Source of the DNA: Octopus bimaculoides
Taxonomy: Eukaryota
DNA length: 63,917 bases
Direction of reading: 5' to 3'
NCBI RefSeq assembly: GCF_001194135.2
Contig: NC_068984.1
Span: 127,355,658 to 127,419,574, forward strand
The notes below the pieces were generated by a model that saw nothing but the letters and a program-made list of their open reading frames with translations, did no database searches and was not told the DNA's origin. The number at the start of each line of letters is the position of its first letter. Positions within the stretch are counted from its first letter, which is position 1. Both the position numbers and the translations under genes were made by a program. This document shows, one piece after another, positions 24,492-36,794 of the stretch.

Positions 24492-24721
24492 ATGAGTAAA
24501 AGAAGTTTACCATCAAGTGGGTGAGATCATTGAGGATATTTTACAGATGAACACTAAACAAAATATCAGATCTTATATTCTAAATGGTGCTTCCAGGTTT
24601 AGTGTTACTAGCATATAGTTGTTACACATATACAGGAAATCTAACCACATGTAGCTACTCATGAAGGCATATCTACCAACATGTAACTATATAAAGTTTT
24701 ACATTACAGCTATCATCTAAT

Positions 24722-24960
24722 TATACATCATCATTATCATCATCATCATCCTTATCCTTAATATCTGTTTTCCCTGCAGGCATGAGATAAACTGGTCTGC
24801 AGTATGACACATTTCATTTGCTCTTGTCTATCACAAAACCCATCATTCTGCAATCTCTTCTCACCACTTCTAAATGTCTTCCTCTACAAATACTCTCTAC
24901 TGCCATAACATGGAACATTCTCATCCATCACTCACCGCCATATTTTACATGCACAACATA
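24722..24960 (-). mobile_element. 5'-truncated RTE LINE 3' end with (TGA)n tail
   Basis: Minus strand resembles the RTE C-terminus (VE..CRGR...EVVRRDCRMMG), followed by ctcatgcctgcagggaaaacagatattaa...gatgatgatg. Confidence 0.55.
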
Positions 24961-24971
24961 CTTCTATTATA

Positions 24972-25510
24972 CACTGGACCGCAAAAGAAATGCGATTTTT
25001 TCAAATGTCATTTTTATATGGTAAATTCTGAAAATTTATTTTGGGGATGTAAGTGTAAAGTCATGCTGGTTTATGACTGAGACCCAAATTGCAGGTAACC
25101 TTTCAACTTTTCTTGAAACAAGATGCCAAAACACAGATGTGTTGAATGCTGTGGGTGGCAGTCGCAAACAATTGTCATGAAAACCGAAATGCATGTGCAT
25201 TTCGTGGAGGTTATGGGTATAAAAATCAACTTGAACCACATTCCTGGTATTCGTAATTTGGACACATCTGGTATGACCCAATTGTCAGCAGTGCAGAGAG
25301 AAAAAGCTATTGGCCGATTGCAAGCAGGGCAGGGTACCCTGGTTGTTGCGGAAGCTTACAATGTCCATGTCAACATCTATCACCTGCAACGATGATACAA
25401 CAACACCAAGAGAACTGCAGACTGTGCCTGTAGAGGGCACCCACGGTGACCATGCCCAGGCAGGAGCACTTCATCCACTTACAATACCTCTGTGATTGCT
25501 TTAGACTGAA
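24972..25510 (+). mobile_element. Tc1-family DNA transposon, left end and transposase N-terminal pseudogene
   Basis: TA then cactggaccgcaaaagaaatgcga (TIR-like); ATG at 25273: MTQLSAVQREKAIGRLQAGQ...NVH...R*YNNT...RGHPR, then frameshifted VTMPRQEHFIHLQYLCDCFR, matching the Tc1 paired-like HTH pattern. Confidence 0.8.
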
Positions 25511-25659
25511 CAGTGTGACAGCTCATGAGTATCATGCCAAGGTGAAATTACTTCTGAATTTTATATCAACAAGATTATGTACCATAATTTTTTAATGTAT
25601 ATGATTGCTGTGCTGATGAAAATCAACTGTGAATTGAAACTTCAAATTACCATTAAATA

Positions 25660-26460
25660 TTGAGTCATCCCATAAATAATGCGGTATTTTTTTATGCTTC
25701 TTTTATTTTTCAAAATTAAGATAAACAAATTCTTTTGTAACCTAAAATCTACTCTCCTTCATTTTCTACAATGCTCTTCCACTTATCTGGTAGACTTGCA
25801 AGGCTCCTCTTCCAAAAGTCACTTGTCTGTGACGAAAAATGCTCCTCCAGAACTGTTCTGACTTTATCTACAGAATTCATACTTTTTCTGTCCAAATGAT
25901 TTTGAAAACTGCGGAATAAATGATAATCAGATGGGACAATGTCCAGCAAATATGGTGGCTGGGACATCGTTTCCATTTAAACTACTCCAGCGTTTTGAAT
26001 GCCATCCTTGCTGTATGTGGCTGAGCATTATCCTGATGGAAGAGCACCTTTCATCTTGAAACCAAAGATGGTCATTTTCCTTCTAGCACTGACTTGAACG
26101 ACTGGTTGAATGACCAACTCCAAGCTTCTCTGTAAGTTCCTCAATAGCTACGATGGGATTTTGTTCCACCAGGGTTTGCAGGATGTCCTCATCAAGCTCT
26201 ACAGATCTTCCAGGATGAGGCTCATCTTCTAGGTTGTATTGTCTGATCCTCATATACTGGCTTATTGTCTGATCCTCATATACCGCATTAATATTCCTCA
26301 CGCTTTACGTTGCGTTGTTGCCTTTATTGAACTCATAAAGCAAAATATGCTGAATATGCTCCTTTGTTACTTCCATTATCATCATCATCATCATCATCGT
26401 TTAACGTCCGCCATTATAGCTTTGAAAAAATAACTGTTAAAATCAAACTTTTGTAGAGAT
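25660..26460 (-). mobile_element. Mariner transposon deletion derivative (transposase pseudogene)
   Basis: ATG at 26376: MEVTKEHIQHILLYEFNKGNNAT...LEDEPHPGRSVELDEDIL; C-terminal VLFHQDNAQPH and QPPYLLDIVPSDYHLFRS...WKSIVENEGE; TIR-like ttgagtcatcccataaataatgcgg after TA at 25658. Confidence 0.9.
26380..26410 (-). mobile_element. 31-bp retroposon tail insertion with 7-bp TSD CCATTAT
   Basis: CCATTAT(26373-79) catcatcatcatcatcatcgtttaacgtccg CCATTAT(26411-17). Confidence 0.85.
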
Positions 26461-26609
26461 CCCTACATTAATGGTATTAATGCAGCTGATGTCTAGCATG
26501 TATATCTGTAGTTTAATATCCAGCAGCAGGGATGGGTTGAGGGTTGAGGGGTCTGATCTGAATGCTTACAACAGAGTGAACTCTACTGTAATCTCCTAGA
26601 TTACAGGTA

Positions 26610-26831
26610 CAAGGGGGTGCTGAAAAGTTCCTAGCTTTGGGTAAAAAAAAAAAGAATACAGGAAGTCCAGTTAATTATGATTTTATTCAACATATTCCCC
26701 TCTTAGATTCACACACTTATTGTAGTGGCCCTTCAGTTTTTCTAAGGCCTGTAAAAAAACTCAGAAGGTTGAGCCTCCAACCAGGCCATCTGTGATATTT
26801 TTAAAGCCAGGAACTTTTCAGCAGCCTCTTG
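26610..26831. mobile_element. Mariner-derived MITE, about 222 bp
   Basis: TA-caagggggtgctgaaaagttcctagcttt ... aaagccaggaacttttcagcagcctcttg terminal inverted repeats; the interior resembles a mariner C-terminus. Confidence 0.85.
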
Positions 26832-27824
26832 GATGTAATATAATAACATTTTACTAAACAAAATTTCTAAAGTGGTTTCTTTGGCTAAGAAATAACCAAA
26901 CAGAATAATAAACTGATACTTCACATGATCTGAGAAAGAAAGATATAATGTCAGATTCCATCAGGCACTTTCCTAATGTTTTAGGATATGGGCTGACTCC
27001 TCTCAAATATATTCTAATGATTTGGAAGAGTCATATCACATACCAGTTGCTGCCTTTCTCCAAAGTTTTTTTTTTACCACATTATCCCTGTGAATTTCTC
27101 AATGGATATATATTTTCAAGTGAGTTAAAAAAAATCTAAAGAGAAGACTACATGGATAGTGCGGCAAACAAAAAGAAAGGTGGTGGTGGTGGTGGTGGTG
27201 GTGGGGAGAGATAAAAGAAATAAAGATAAACAATTGTGTTTATAGGCTTTAATATTATGACTTCCAAATTATAACAATATTAGTTTCAAAACATGGTTTC
27301 AGATCAAAATTCTTACAAAACAAATTCAAAAAATGAAAAATTACATAAACAATGAAATCAAATGTCTGTGATGAGGGTAAATGAACCATGAAATGATATA
27401 TAAATTATCTTATAGATTTATTAAGTAAGAGGATGGTAGTGCAAATAAACATGGGCGAGATAGATACAGAGTGAAGTGACTTCCAATGAAATCTCTTTCA
27501 ATAGCCATAAAAAAGCTTGTTTGTTAATCCTTTTGGAATAAATCGTCATTCAGCATCATCAATGTCATTACCATCATATATATCATCATTTTCTTTCTGT
27601 CTATATTTCCATACTTTCATCATTTAGATATTTGTCACTGAGCCAATTCAACAAGAGCTGTATTAACATTTTGTTTATTAGAGCATGTATAACTGGAGCC
27701 AAGATATTTTTCCTTTTTTTCTTTTAGCAAGAACGAGAGTGAGAAACAGAGTTAAGGAAAGAATAGCAATGAAGTATAACAAAATGTTAAAAGCTAAGTA
27801 AGCTACATCTAATGAATGCTATTA

Positions 27825-27862
<38 letters not shown>

Positions 27863-28534
27863 CATCATCATTATTTTTTCTTTTTTTTTTTTTTGCAACA
27901 AGGATGGATAATGGGATATTACAAGGACAAATAAAAACAGTAGGGGTTTATGCAGAAATCAATTATGAAAAACTAGGTTTGGAAAACAACAGAATACAAA
28001 AGGAATATGAAATGAGATGTTTCAATAGGACAGCAGCCTACAGCCAATAAAGGAACCTCAAAGATTCTTGATTGCCTTCCTGCCAAGAACAAGTGCCCAC
28101 TCCCAGTTGTGTTTCCCCATCCAACAGGCACATCTTGAAGGTAGATACATTCACTCAGGCCATACTCACCACTCTTACCCACCTTTCAGATAATTTTCCC
28201 TTCAACAATTTTCTCTCAAAAGGTATATTGTTTGTTTGGTCACACATTCTGTTATCTACAGGGTGAACTCATCCATGATGCAATTGCACCTGAGCTCTTC
28301 CTAAGATGGATCTTGAATTAATATTTGGTGCCCATGTGTACAGAGTCTGCTGTTGGAACTGTGATCACCTGATGTTATTGGCTTCTGTTCATGATGATGT
28401 GGATTTACTGGTTGGAACTGGCTCAACTCATTCCAAGTAAACACCAACAACAACATAATGCTTAGATCTTAATACTTCTACAATCAATAAGATAGATACC
28501 ATTCAAGTGCTAGGTCAATCTAATTCACTCTTAC

Positions 28535-28561
28535 CATCTCAATAGGCTGAACCTCATATGG
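28535..28561 (-). CDS. Candidate 27-nt micro-exon (PYEVQPIEM)
   Basis: caatttctaatgtag|CCATATGAGGTTCAGCCTATTGAGATG|gtaaga; phase 0 to 0; a competing upstream acceptor gives a 52-nt exon closed in all frames. Confidence 0.38.
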
Positions 28562-28837
28562 CTACATTAGAAATTGCCATAAACATCTGAAAACATCTAA
28601 AATTCATTTTGGATTAAGATGCATTCAACTTCATAGTAAATTGATATAAGGTAAAAGCAACAAGCTGTACTGGAGGAGAACTATGACAGTTAATCAAGTG
28701 AGAACTAGTCAACCACATAAAGATTGTACATACTTCATTCTAGTTTGACAATTATAAACTGTGCATTTAATGTACTGTATATAGTGGCCAGGGCTTACTT
28801 TAAAAGGTTTCAAAGGGAAACATCAAAATATACTTAC

Positions 28838-28858
28838 ATCATCCATCAAGTTTTCAAA
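28838..28858 (-). CDS. Candidate 21-nt micro-exon (FENLMDD)
   Basis: tttttttcttcttatatttcag|TTTGAAAACTTGATGGATGAT|gtaagtat; only phase 0 is open. Confidence 0.55.
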
Positions 28859-29469
28859 CTGAAATATAAGAAGAAAAAAAATTATTATTTCATTTAATAA
28901 CACTTTTGGAGATAGCTTAAACAGAATATATTAAAAATCATTTTTTTTTACATCGTAGAATCTGAGAAACAAATATCATTTACTGTAAAGACTGTTGATT
29001 ATAACACTAGTTCAGCTGTGATTAAGCAATCCATGGCATGCATGTAGTGGACTGGATGATTCAATGTGACACAGGTCTACCTTTCTAGTTATACTAGATT
29101 TCTACCTGGCTAAAGACCATACTTCAATATTCTCCAGTCTACTTCTGTACTCCAGCCAATACTAATGCTGGTCACAGTGGAGGCATGCATGACAGACTTG
29201 GCCAGAGAATGACAGTTGCTTTCATTTGCACTTATTGGTGGCACACATTCCAGCACAATGTTTGGGCTAATGTACTATTTATGTTTTTGCTTGTTTAGGC
29301 TGAGTGGAGGTAACAGTATTTGTAGGATACAGTTGTACTATTGTTTTGGAGCGTTATTTATGTATCTGGGTGTTTGGAGGCAATTGTTTCCACACAGTAG
29401 AAGTAGCTGTGAGAGTTGAAGAGAAAATTTCTAGCAGTTACACATTTATCCAAGAGAAACAAGAATGTT

Positions 29470-29700
29470 GTGCAAACAATACATTAGCTCTACCAGGGAT
29501 CAAGTTAGTCCTTCATGAGGGTCCAATCTCTCCACAACAAACCACTACGAATGCAAAACAGCATACTATGCATAGATTATACACAGACCACATCCACAAA
29601 CCACCCATACAAAGAAAATATTAAAAAAATCAAAACCATCTGGAGAAGCAAGGGACAGTTTTGTTACTGCAGCAAACTTCAACCATCACTACACGAAAGG
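29470..29700 (+). mobile_element. Possible decayed Penelope GIY-YIG endonuclease fragment
   Basis: KQYISSTRDQ (cf. YIGST), KILKKSKP, CYCSKLQ (cf. W.IL.ka.pY...C.lC..EK); heavily mutated. Confidence 0.35.
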
Positions 29701-30486
29701 TAAATTGCTATGATATAACTAGAACAGAAAGTCATTATGTTCTGTCGAGTGTGTTCTTCAAAATAGATTTTAAATAATATTCACTTTCATGAAGTACAAA
29801 TTAACATTTTATACAATCTAAATGAAGCAATATATCAAGCATTATTTTAAATCTTTAAAATCTAGTGAGAACAATTTAGGAAACAGAACTACAACCGAGT
29901 TAGTTTCATTTAGCTTCCATGTCAAATAACAACAACAGATGTGAAGAGAGCAGCTGAAATGATAGTGATAATGGTAATGATACTGATCATGATGATAAGG
30001 ATGATTATAATAATGTCAATTATATTATATAACGTAATTTCATCAGAAGATGATGCTAAAAATAATGGTTGTTCTTTTGTTCTTCTACTGGTTTCATTTT
30101 ATCTTTTTCATTTCATTAAATTACATGTAGGCTTCCAAGAATTGCATAATAATGCAGCATCAGTTACAATACACTTCTCCAGTACAAAGAATATTTTAAC
30201 ACTAACCAGACTCCCCATAACATATTTATATGATGCATAGATTAAACAACAGAACCTAATCTATTAAAGAACCTTTTCAAACGCGATAGAGAAAACGTAG
30301 GAGCTAGAAATAAAATCTAATCAGAGGCCCTTGAATCATTTAGATATGGGAATAAATATAATGAGCCATAGCATGTAATAATAGATGTCCAAAGACATTA
30401 ATGATTGAAAGCAGGTGCTAGAACAGGTACAAATTGTTAACTTGGCATTAAAGTGACAGTTATTATCAGTTACACACACATGCACA

Positions 30487-30489
<3 letters not shown>

Positions 30490-30529
<40 letters not shown>
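30490..30529. repeat. (CT)n microsatellite
   Basis: Perfect run of about 20 units. Confidence 0.95.
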
Positions 30530-30533
<4 letters not shown>

Positions 30534-31831
30534 AAATCAAAGAGTAAAAAAAGATGTTTAAATATAATTTCTTGTGGTAATGATTCTTTAACAGAAAACA
30601 CTATTTAATGAAAATCATTAGTCTATCATGAACACATGCATGTCCTGCAGCTAGTAAGACTGACAATGATAGACAGTACATATTTACAATTCACATGGTG
30701 CAAACAGAAAAATCACACTTGGAACAAACTGAAAATCATGTGTAATGAAAGAACTTCCAAATTCCATTAGAACTTTCTTAAATGATATAAATTACTAAAT
30801 TAAAATAAAATCTTCTGAACCTTGTGATGTGTTGATGTTTTTATTGTGTTTTTGCATGTTTTAATGCATCTTAAATAAGTTCTGTTTCATAAATTGTTCA
30901 TTAAAGAAAAAAAATTTCTTTGATAAAAATAAAATGAATTAACTTCAAACATACCAGTTGGTTTTGAAAAGGAACTAAACCAACAATGAAACATTGAATT
31001 AGTATAGAGCAGATAGCAAAGAAAATCTAGAATCTAAGAAAACTAGTGATAATCTTTATTGGTTAAAAAATAGTTAATAAAATCCATAGAATAATATGTT
31101 CATGTGTTTCAAAGCGCAGTGAGTTCTGATATTTCCAGCAGTGAACAGCCCTAATTGAAACTTACCTATGCTCACAACATACACAGACTTATGAAATTTA
31201 GTAGGTTGCATAGAGTGAACTTTGCTTTAGCAGCTAACTGTGATTGAAAGAAAGTCTTTACATTCCAGATGTTATCTTTAACAACTAGTAAGTCCCTGAG
31301 GAAATAGGTCTCTTTTCATCACTATCTTCCATCATTATCATCTAATGGATCTTTCCTTTTGTGAGATAGAACAATAATGTCTGAAGGAATTTTAGTTACT
31401 ATTTTTTAGAAGGCCAAGCAATCATGTAGAGGTCGCCCTCATTGGCTTATGTGTCAGTAGATTGTAGCAGGAAGGGTTAAATTTGAACTAAAGTCAGTGA
31501 ACACTGAAATATAAAACTGAAAAATCATCTAGTAGAGACAGTTGTTTAGTTTTTTTTTTTTTAAGGAGCAGAGGTTGCTGAGTGAGATAAGATCCCCAAA
31601 CCAGCTTTTGGCCAGTGATTGAACATCCTTAGTAACTTGTCAGTGAACAAGTACTATATAGAAGTTAAAGCTAATAGACATTTGTGTATATCTGTACATC
31701 TATTATAGATTAGCTACCAAACAAATACCCACAGATCTATATAACAACAACAAAAATTTCAAGAAAAAAAATCACGTTTCTAAGTAAATTTTCTAGAAAT
31801 GAGTATCAGGTTTTCTCTTAATAATACATTG

Positions 31832-32043
31832 CTGGTACTTGGTGACTTCACTGGTGTTGGTGCCACATAAAAAGCACCTGTACACTCTGTTAAGTGATTG
31901 GCATGAGGAAGGACACCCAACTGTAGAAACAATGCCTAAACAGACATAGAACCTAGCGGAATCTTCTGGCACATCTGTTCTTGTCAAACTGTCCAACCCA
32001 TGTCAGCATGGAAAAAAGGATGGTAAATGATAATGATGATGAT
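31832..32043 (+). mobile_element. Family C/D SINE 3' part
   Basis: cactggtgttggtgccacataaaaagcac...aggaaggacacccaactgtagaaac...ccaacccatgtcagcatggaaaa...gatgatgat. Confidence 0.7.
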
Positions 32044-32099
32044 TTATATATAGAATAAACCAAGACAACTTGTAGTACATAGCATATTTTAAATTATTC

Positions 32100-33050
32100 A
32101 TTTTAAGTTAAATGTTATTGAATTGTAAAATATAATAGACATATTTGCAAATTGAAATTTTGAACATCTTATAGAAATGAGATGTTGCAAAGAAACTACA
32201 CAATATGGTATAAAATTAGACAACATCCATGAAGTGGAAAAAGTGATAGACTATGTGGAATTTATTCAAAATATATTTGTCACATCAAATGATTTAAGCA
32301 TTAAAATCAAAATAGTTACAATATGCAGGCAAGTTGCTCGTTGGATTTTGAGATCATTTAGAAAAAAAAGGAGAAAGGATATCATGCTACTTTTATGGAA
32401 ACATTTGTTGTCAGCAGTCTGGAATATAATTCCAAACTGTGGTTGCCACCAAGTGTCAAACAGCAGAACTCAAGGTAATCCAATGTCACTACACAAAGAA
32501 GGTTAACTTCGTGCAACAGATAAACTACAGGAAAGGCTAAAAGAACTGAGACTCTATTCTCTAGACAGAAGATGTGAAAGGTGTGTGTGTGTGTGTATGT
32601 GTGCATGAGTGAGAGAGAGAGAGAGAGAGGGAGGGAGAGAGAGAGAGAGATCCTGGAAGGTCTAGCTCCCAACTCTGGATCTGAAAGCTGTACTAATGAC
32701 CAAACTGGGCAACACAGCATTGTACCAAAGATTCTGTCCTTTCCATCTACAGTAAAGGCACAGTACTGTAACAGCTTAGGTTTCAAAATCCCACAAACTT
32801 TCAACACTCAGAGATCTGTGAGAGGTGGATGGGGATGTTTGCAAAAGAACATTTGGACCAATTTTTATCTGAGGTACAAGATGAATGCACACTGCATCAG
32901 GAAACGCAAAGAAGAGCAGTACTGTCTAACTTGCTACTTCACCAAAAACAGTTCCAGAAAGAAATCTGGAAAGAGTGAAACTAAAACTAGTTACATTAAA
33001 GGTGGTGCCCCAGCATGGCCACAGCCATTGGCTGAAACCAACAAAAACAG
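32100..33050 (+). mobile_element. CR1-group LINE 3' end (ORF2 C-terminus and tail), split by a (TG)(GA) microsatellite
   Basis: RQVARWILRSF...IMLLLWK; ILEGLAPN...TGQHSIVPKI...YCNSLGFK; LDQFLSEVQDE...RRAVLSNLLLHQ...*; tail ggtggtgccccagcatggccacag at 33001. Confidence 0.75.
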
Positions 33051-33399
33051 AAGCAAATATGTATACAATGTTCACATTATCTTTCAAATATCAAGTGTAT
33101 GTGCTGAAGTAAACAATTGATTTTAAATATTTTTTAGAATGGAAGTGTTCTTAATAAAATCATTGCAAATTATTTCATTAAAAAAATCTCAGAGAAAAGA
33201 AAAATATGATAAGAGAAACTAAATGGTGAGTTACAATTAAAAATTATGTTCTTCGAAAACACATTTTCATTGATTAAAATAAAAGAATTAGATTGTCAGA
33301 TAACCAGTAGAAAATAATTTCTTCTAACACTGCAAATCATTTCAAGCAAACAGTTATAGAGATTGTACATTTAATAATCCACATGTTTTATGGCAATCC

Positions 33400-35800
33400 C
33401 TTTAGTTACTTATTAGCATATAACAGACAGCTGAATTTCTTTGGTTGGCTTTCATAATCTCAGATTTAAGAATATCAATCAAGAAACTTTCAAGAGAAAG
33501 ACAGGTTTTAGAAACGACTTAGTCCAGGGAAGAGAACCTAGTAAGGTTATATGTAAGCTAGAGTTAAATCCATAGTGAGATCATGCATTTAATCTGTGAA
33601 TCCAATGAAACACAGATTAATAGGACTTACTTCCACCGGAGAAGATATTAATTTAGAGTAAAATATGCTATAACTATTGTGTACAGAAGGCAGAGAATGA
33701 CAATATAGATACATAAACAAAGGGAGGGGAGAATATAGAGCTGAATTCTACATACTGATATCTATTATTGATCTCGGATAAATCTAATGTTATAGGAAAC
33801 TGAACTGAATAAATAATCTGTTAATAAATCCAAACTAACACCTAGGTTGTAATGTTGCTCAATAAAGTGCAGCTACAACCTAAAAGATGGGCTAGGAGGG
33901 GAATAGCTGAAACAAGTGATATATTCTCAGACACATTTATTGTTGAAGATGGCTATCAATTCAAAATTCTTCAAAGGATATAAAATGAAATAAATATCCA
34001 TTTTCAAGTCTTGTTCGCAGATTATTTATATTTGCACATTTGCCTGTTGACTTTGTCTTTAAAGAATCAATGCAACTCAATTCATTCAAATCAGTTACTT
34101 TTGTCAAGAATTATGAAATTCAAAGATTCCAAGTAGAATTATTCTCATGACTAAAATACCTTTTACCATTTAGTGTTTAAAGAATGGATAATATCAGACA
34201 ATTCCTTGTCATATAAAGTGTAGCCAGTCCTAAGGATCAATGAATATCCTTTTAAGAAATTTGAATAAAAGTCTTATGAATTCATTGATACTAGTACTAC
34301 TAAAATAATATCAATGGAGTGAATAGGTGGGTTGCATAGACACATTGACAATACATTGTATGTCATATGACTCCAGACATATTAATAAATAAAAGAGACA
34401 TCTTAATCATTTGGGATACAAGAAAAACTTATAAAATATAATTCAAAGATTTAGACAAAAATTGTAATATCTTCAAAGAATGGTGTAAAGTAGAAATTAT
34501 AGCCACATCATTGCCATTATCACCAAAGTGTACTCCAGAGATTTCAGAATAGCTTGAACTGTTGATATTATTGAAAAAGATGTTAGGAGTTTTATTAAAG
34601 CAAAATATATAGAATTAACAGAGTTTGCTTTAATAAAACTAATAATAATTTCTGCTTCTTTTTCTGGTGGTTATTATTTAAATTTTGTGACCTGAGTTGG
34701 TTACTAGTTAATCTATGGAAGACCTAAATCACACATTAGTTCACAGATAATGGTTTAGGCTATACCAAGAACTACTTATTATCAAACTAGAAAGAGATTA
34801 CTAGCTTGACAAAGAGGTTGGAGATTGTATATATCATGATAAATACATCTAAAACCATTAATCAAATATCACAGAAAGGTGCCATCCTGAGTGACTACCA
34901 CAATAATATCATCATTAACTGATGCATGGCAGGTGGATAACTGCAAAGATAGAAACTGGGAGACCAAGTCATAGAAGTAGCTAAGAGTTTCAGTAAAATT
35001 AATTCAGGGGAGTGTTAGTTTGAGTAAAATGTAGCTTGGGTTTGTACCAAGACTTGGAATCATAGATGGTATATTTCTAAGGAGACAATCGTAAGAGATG
35101 CTCTTAGATAAGATCATTCTACTTTACATTTGTCTAACTCTAGAAGGCCATCAGACAGAGTACCTATTTCAGTAGTCTGGCAGGTGATAAGGAAATTGTA
35201 TATGAATAGTTGGTGAGAATAGTGCATGCCTTGTACAAAGTTGCTGTTGACAGTGAGTTTAGGTGAATTTAATTTACAATTGTATGTGCAAAAGAGTTCT
35301 GTATTTATCTGTTTTTCATTCAATATGGTGCTAAAGGTTAATAACACAAGTGTTCTAAACTGAATGTCCCTGAGAGCTTTTATATGATAGAGACACTTTT
35401 CTCATAATGATATTTGTCAAATCATCGATATTTCCTTCCTCCTCCTCATTAACAACATCAATATTTGCCTTTTCGTCAGGCAAACAGTTGCAGAAGAAGT
35501 TGGAAACCATGAATTATAGTCTAGGGTTGGTATGGCCAACCTACAGTACTACGGTAGCATGCAGCCCTTTCAGATATTTTGTAACACATACATAATTCAT
35601 GGTTATATAAGCATATTCAAAGTGAGAAATAGGTATGAAAAATTGCAGTGGGATCTTTGGCAGACTGGCAGAGAACAAAGACTGCAGATGTGATAAATGC
35701 ATGAGTTGCTGATAATAGGAAGAACAAAGAAACGAGATTCCCAAATTACTGTGATAGTTCACTACATAATTTCTTCTATGTAGGTGATGTGTTTACTACT
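33400..35800 (+). mobile_element. Very old CR1-like LINE debris
   Basis: Scattered weak resemblance to EN/RT motifs (around 34750-34890 and 35030-35260); no continuous frame. Confidence 0.3.
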
Positions 35801-35849
35801 AAATATGATTATAATAAAAGTATAGTTAGTCAAATAATGAGGAGATGGA

Positions 35850-36290
35850 AGAAATTTAGAGAGTTGTTGTTTGTGTTGATAACAAGGGACTTTTTTTTAC
35901 TTAATGTGACAAGCAAATTATTATAAAGAAGTGAGACATTAGATATTGAAAGCGTAAGATATGCAAAGGCTGGAGAGAAACCAGATGAGTATGAGCTTAC
36001 AGACATGTGATATTAATCTATCGGAGTATAAGTAAACTGAAAGAGTAGCAAGACACATGTTTCATATATCATACTAATGTATGAAGCATGTTTAAATGAA
36101 TGGTACACAACAGTGAGACATGGGTTATTGAATGTGAAATCTATAGAGGATAGAAAGACAAGTCATGTCTAATCTGTTAGGTATATAGTGTTAAGGTACA
36201 TGAAAAGCAGATGACAAGTGAAGGGGGAAAAGCCAGAAGCATTGAATGTCTCAGACAAAGAATGCACAAGAGATGAGTTCTTTGACTATG
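35850..36290 (+). mobile_element. RTE LINE ORF2 C-terminal fragments
   Basis: RWKKFRELL; SET; MQRLERNQMSM (RTE C-terminal pattern). Confidence 0.55.
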
Positions 36291-36693
36291 TACTGTTTAT
36301 AGACAATGTGTACTGGATTGAAATTTGGTATTGGCAGTCAGTACCAAAAGAAAAATAAGACTTAAGAAATAACGAGGTCAGATTTGCAGACCAAAATGGT
36401 TGACAAGATGCATTATGGCATACACATCCTGCCCATGCCAGTATGAAATTAAAAAAAACAATGGTAAATAAATACAAATGTATATATATTGTGCATGTAT
36501 ATGCCCCTCTTTATTTTGGCAGTCACAGAAGTTTACTTTTACGAGAAATCTATGATTAAGGATATGCTGATAGCAACCATTGTTTTTGTTGGGTTTTTTT
36601 TCTAGATTACATTGTCTAATGTATTCTTCTTTTTTTTAAGATGTTAGGCTATGGTTTGAGAGGGCCTTGGCCATCATCGTTGTTGGTATTTAC

Positions 36694-36794
36694 CATGAAT
36701 TGACATTCTTTTTTTTCAGGAGATAGAGTGTAATTTGATGATTTGGATGTTATCTCTAGCAAGTCAAATGTCTGTGTAAAGGCTTCCTCAGTGT
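36694..36794 (-). CDS. Candidate 101-nt exon (xTEEAFTQTFDLLEITSKSSNYTLSPEKKECQFM)
   Basis: ccag|AC ACT GAG...TTC ATG|gtaaat; phase 1 to 0; the T-tract lies about 19 nt from the AG. Confidence 0.28.

Noticed and set aside
25614-25645. CTGATGA followed by GAAAC
   Set aside because: Stem II is imperfect and there is no stem III or NUH site; other lone CTGATGA hits (about 21628, 47292, 53967, 56367, 62048) also lack the second half
27960-28450. Slightly GC-richer block with short ORFs
   Set aside because: Probably TE-derived, but no motif could be matched to a family
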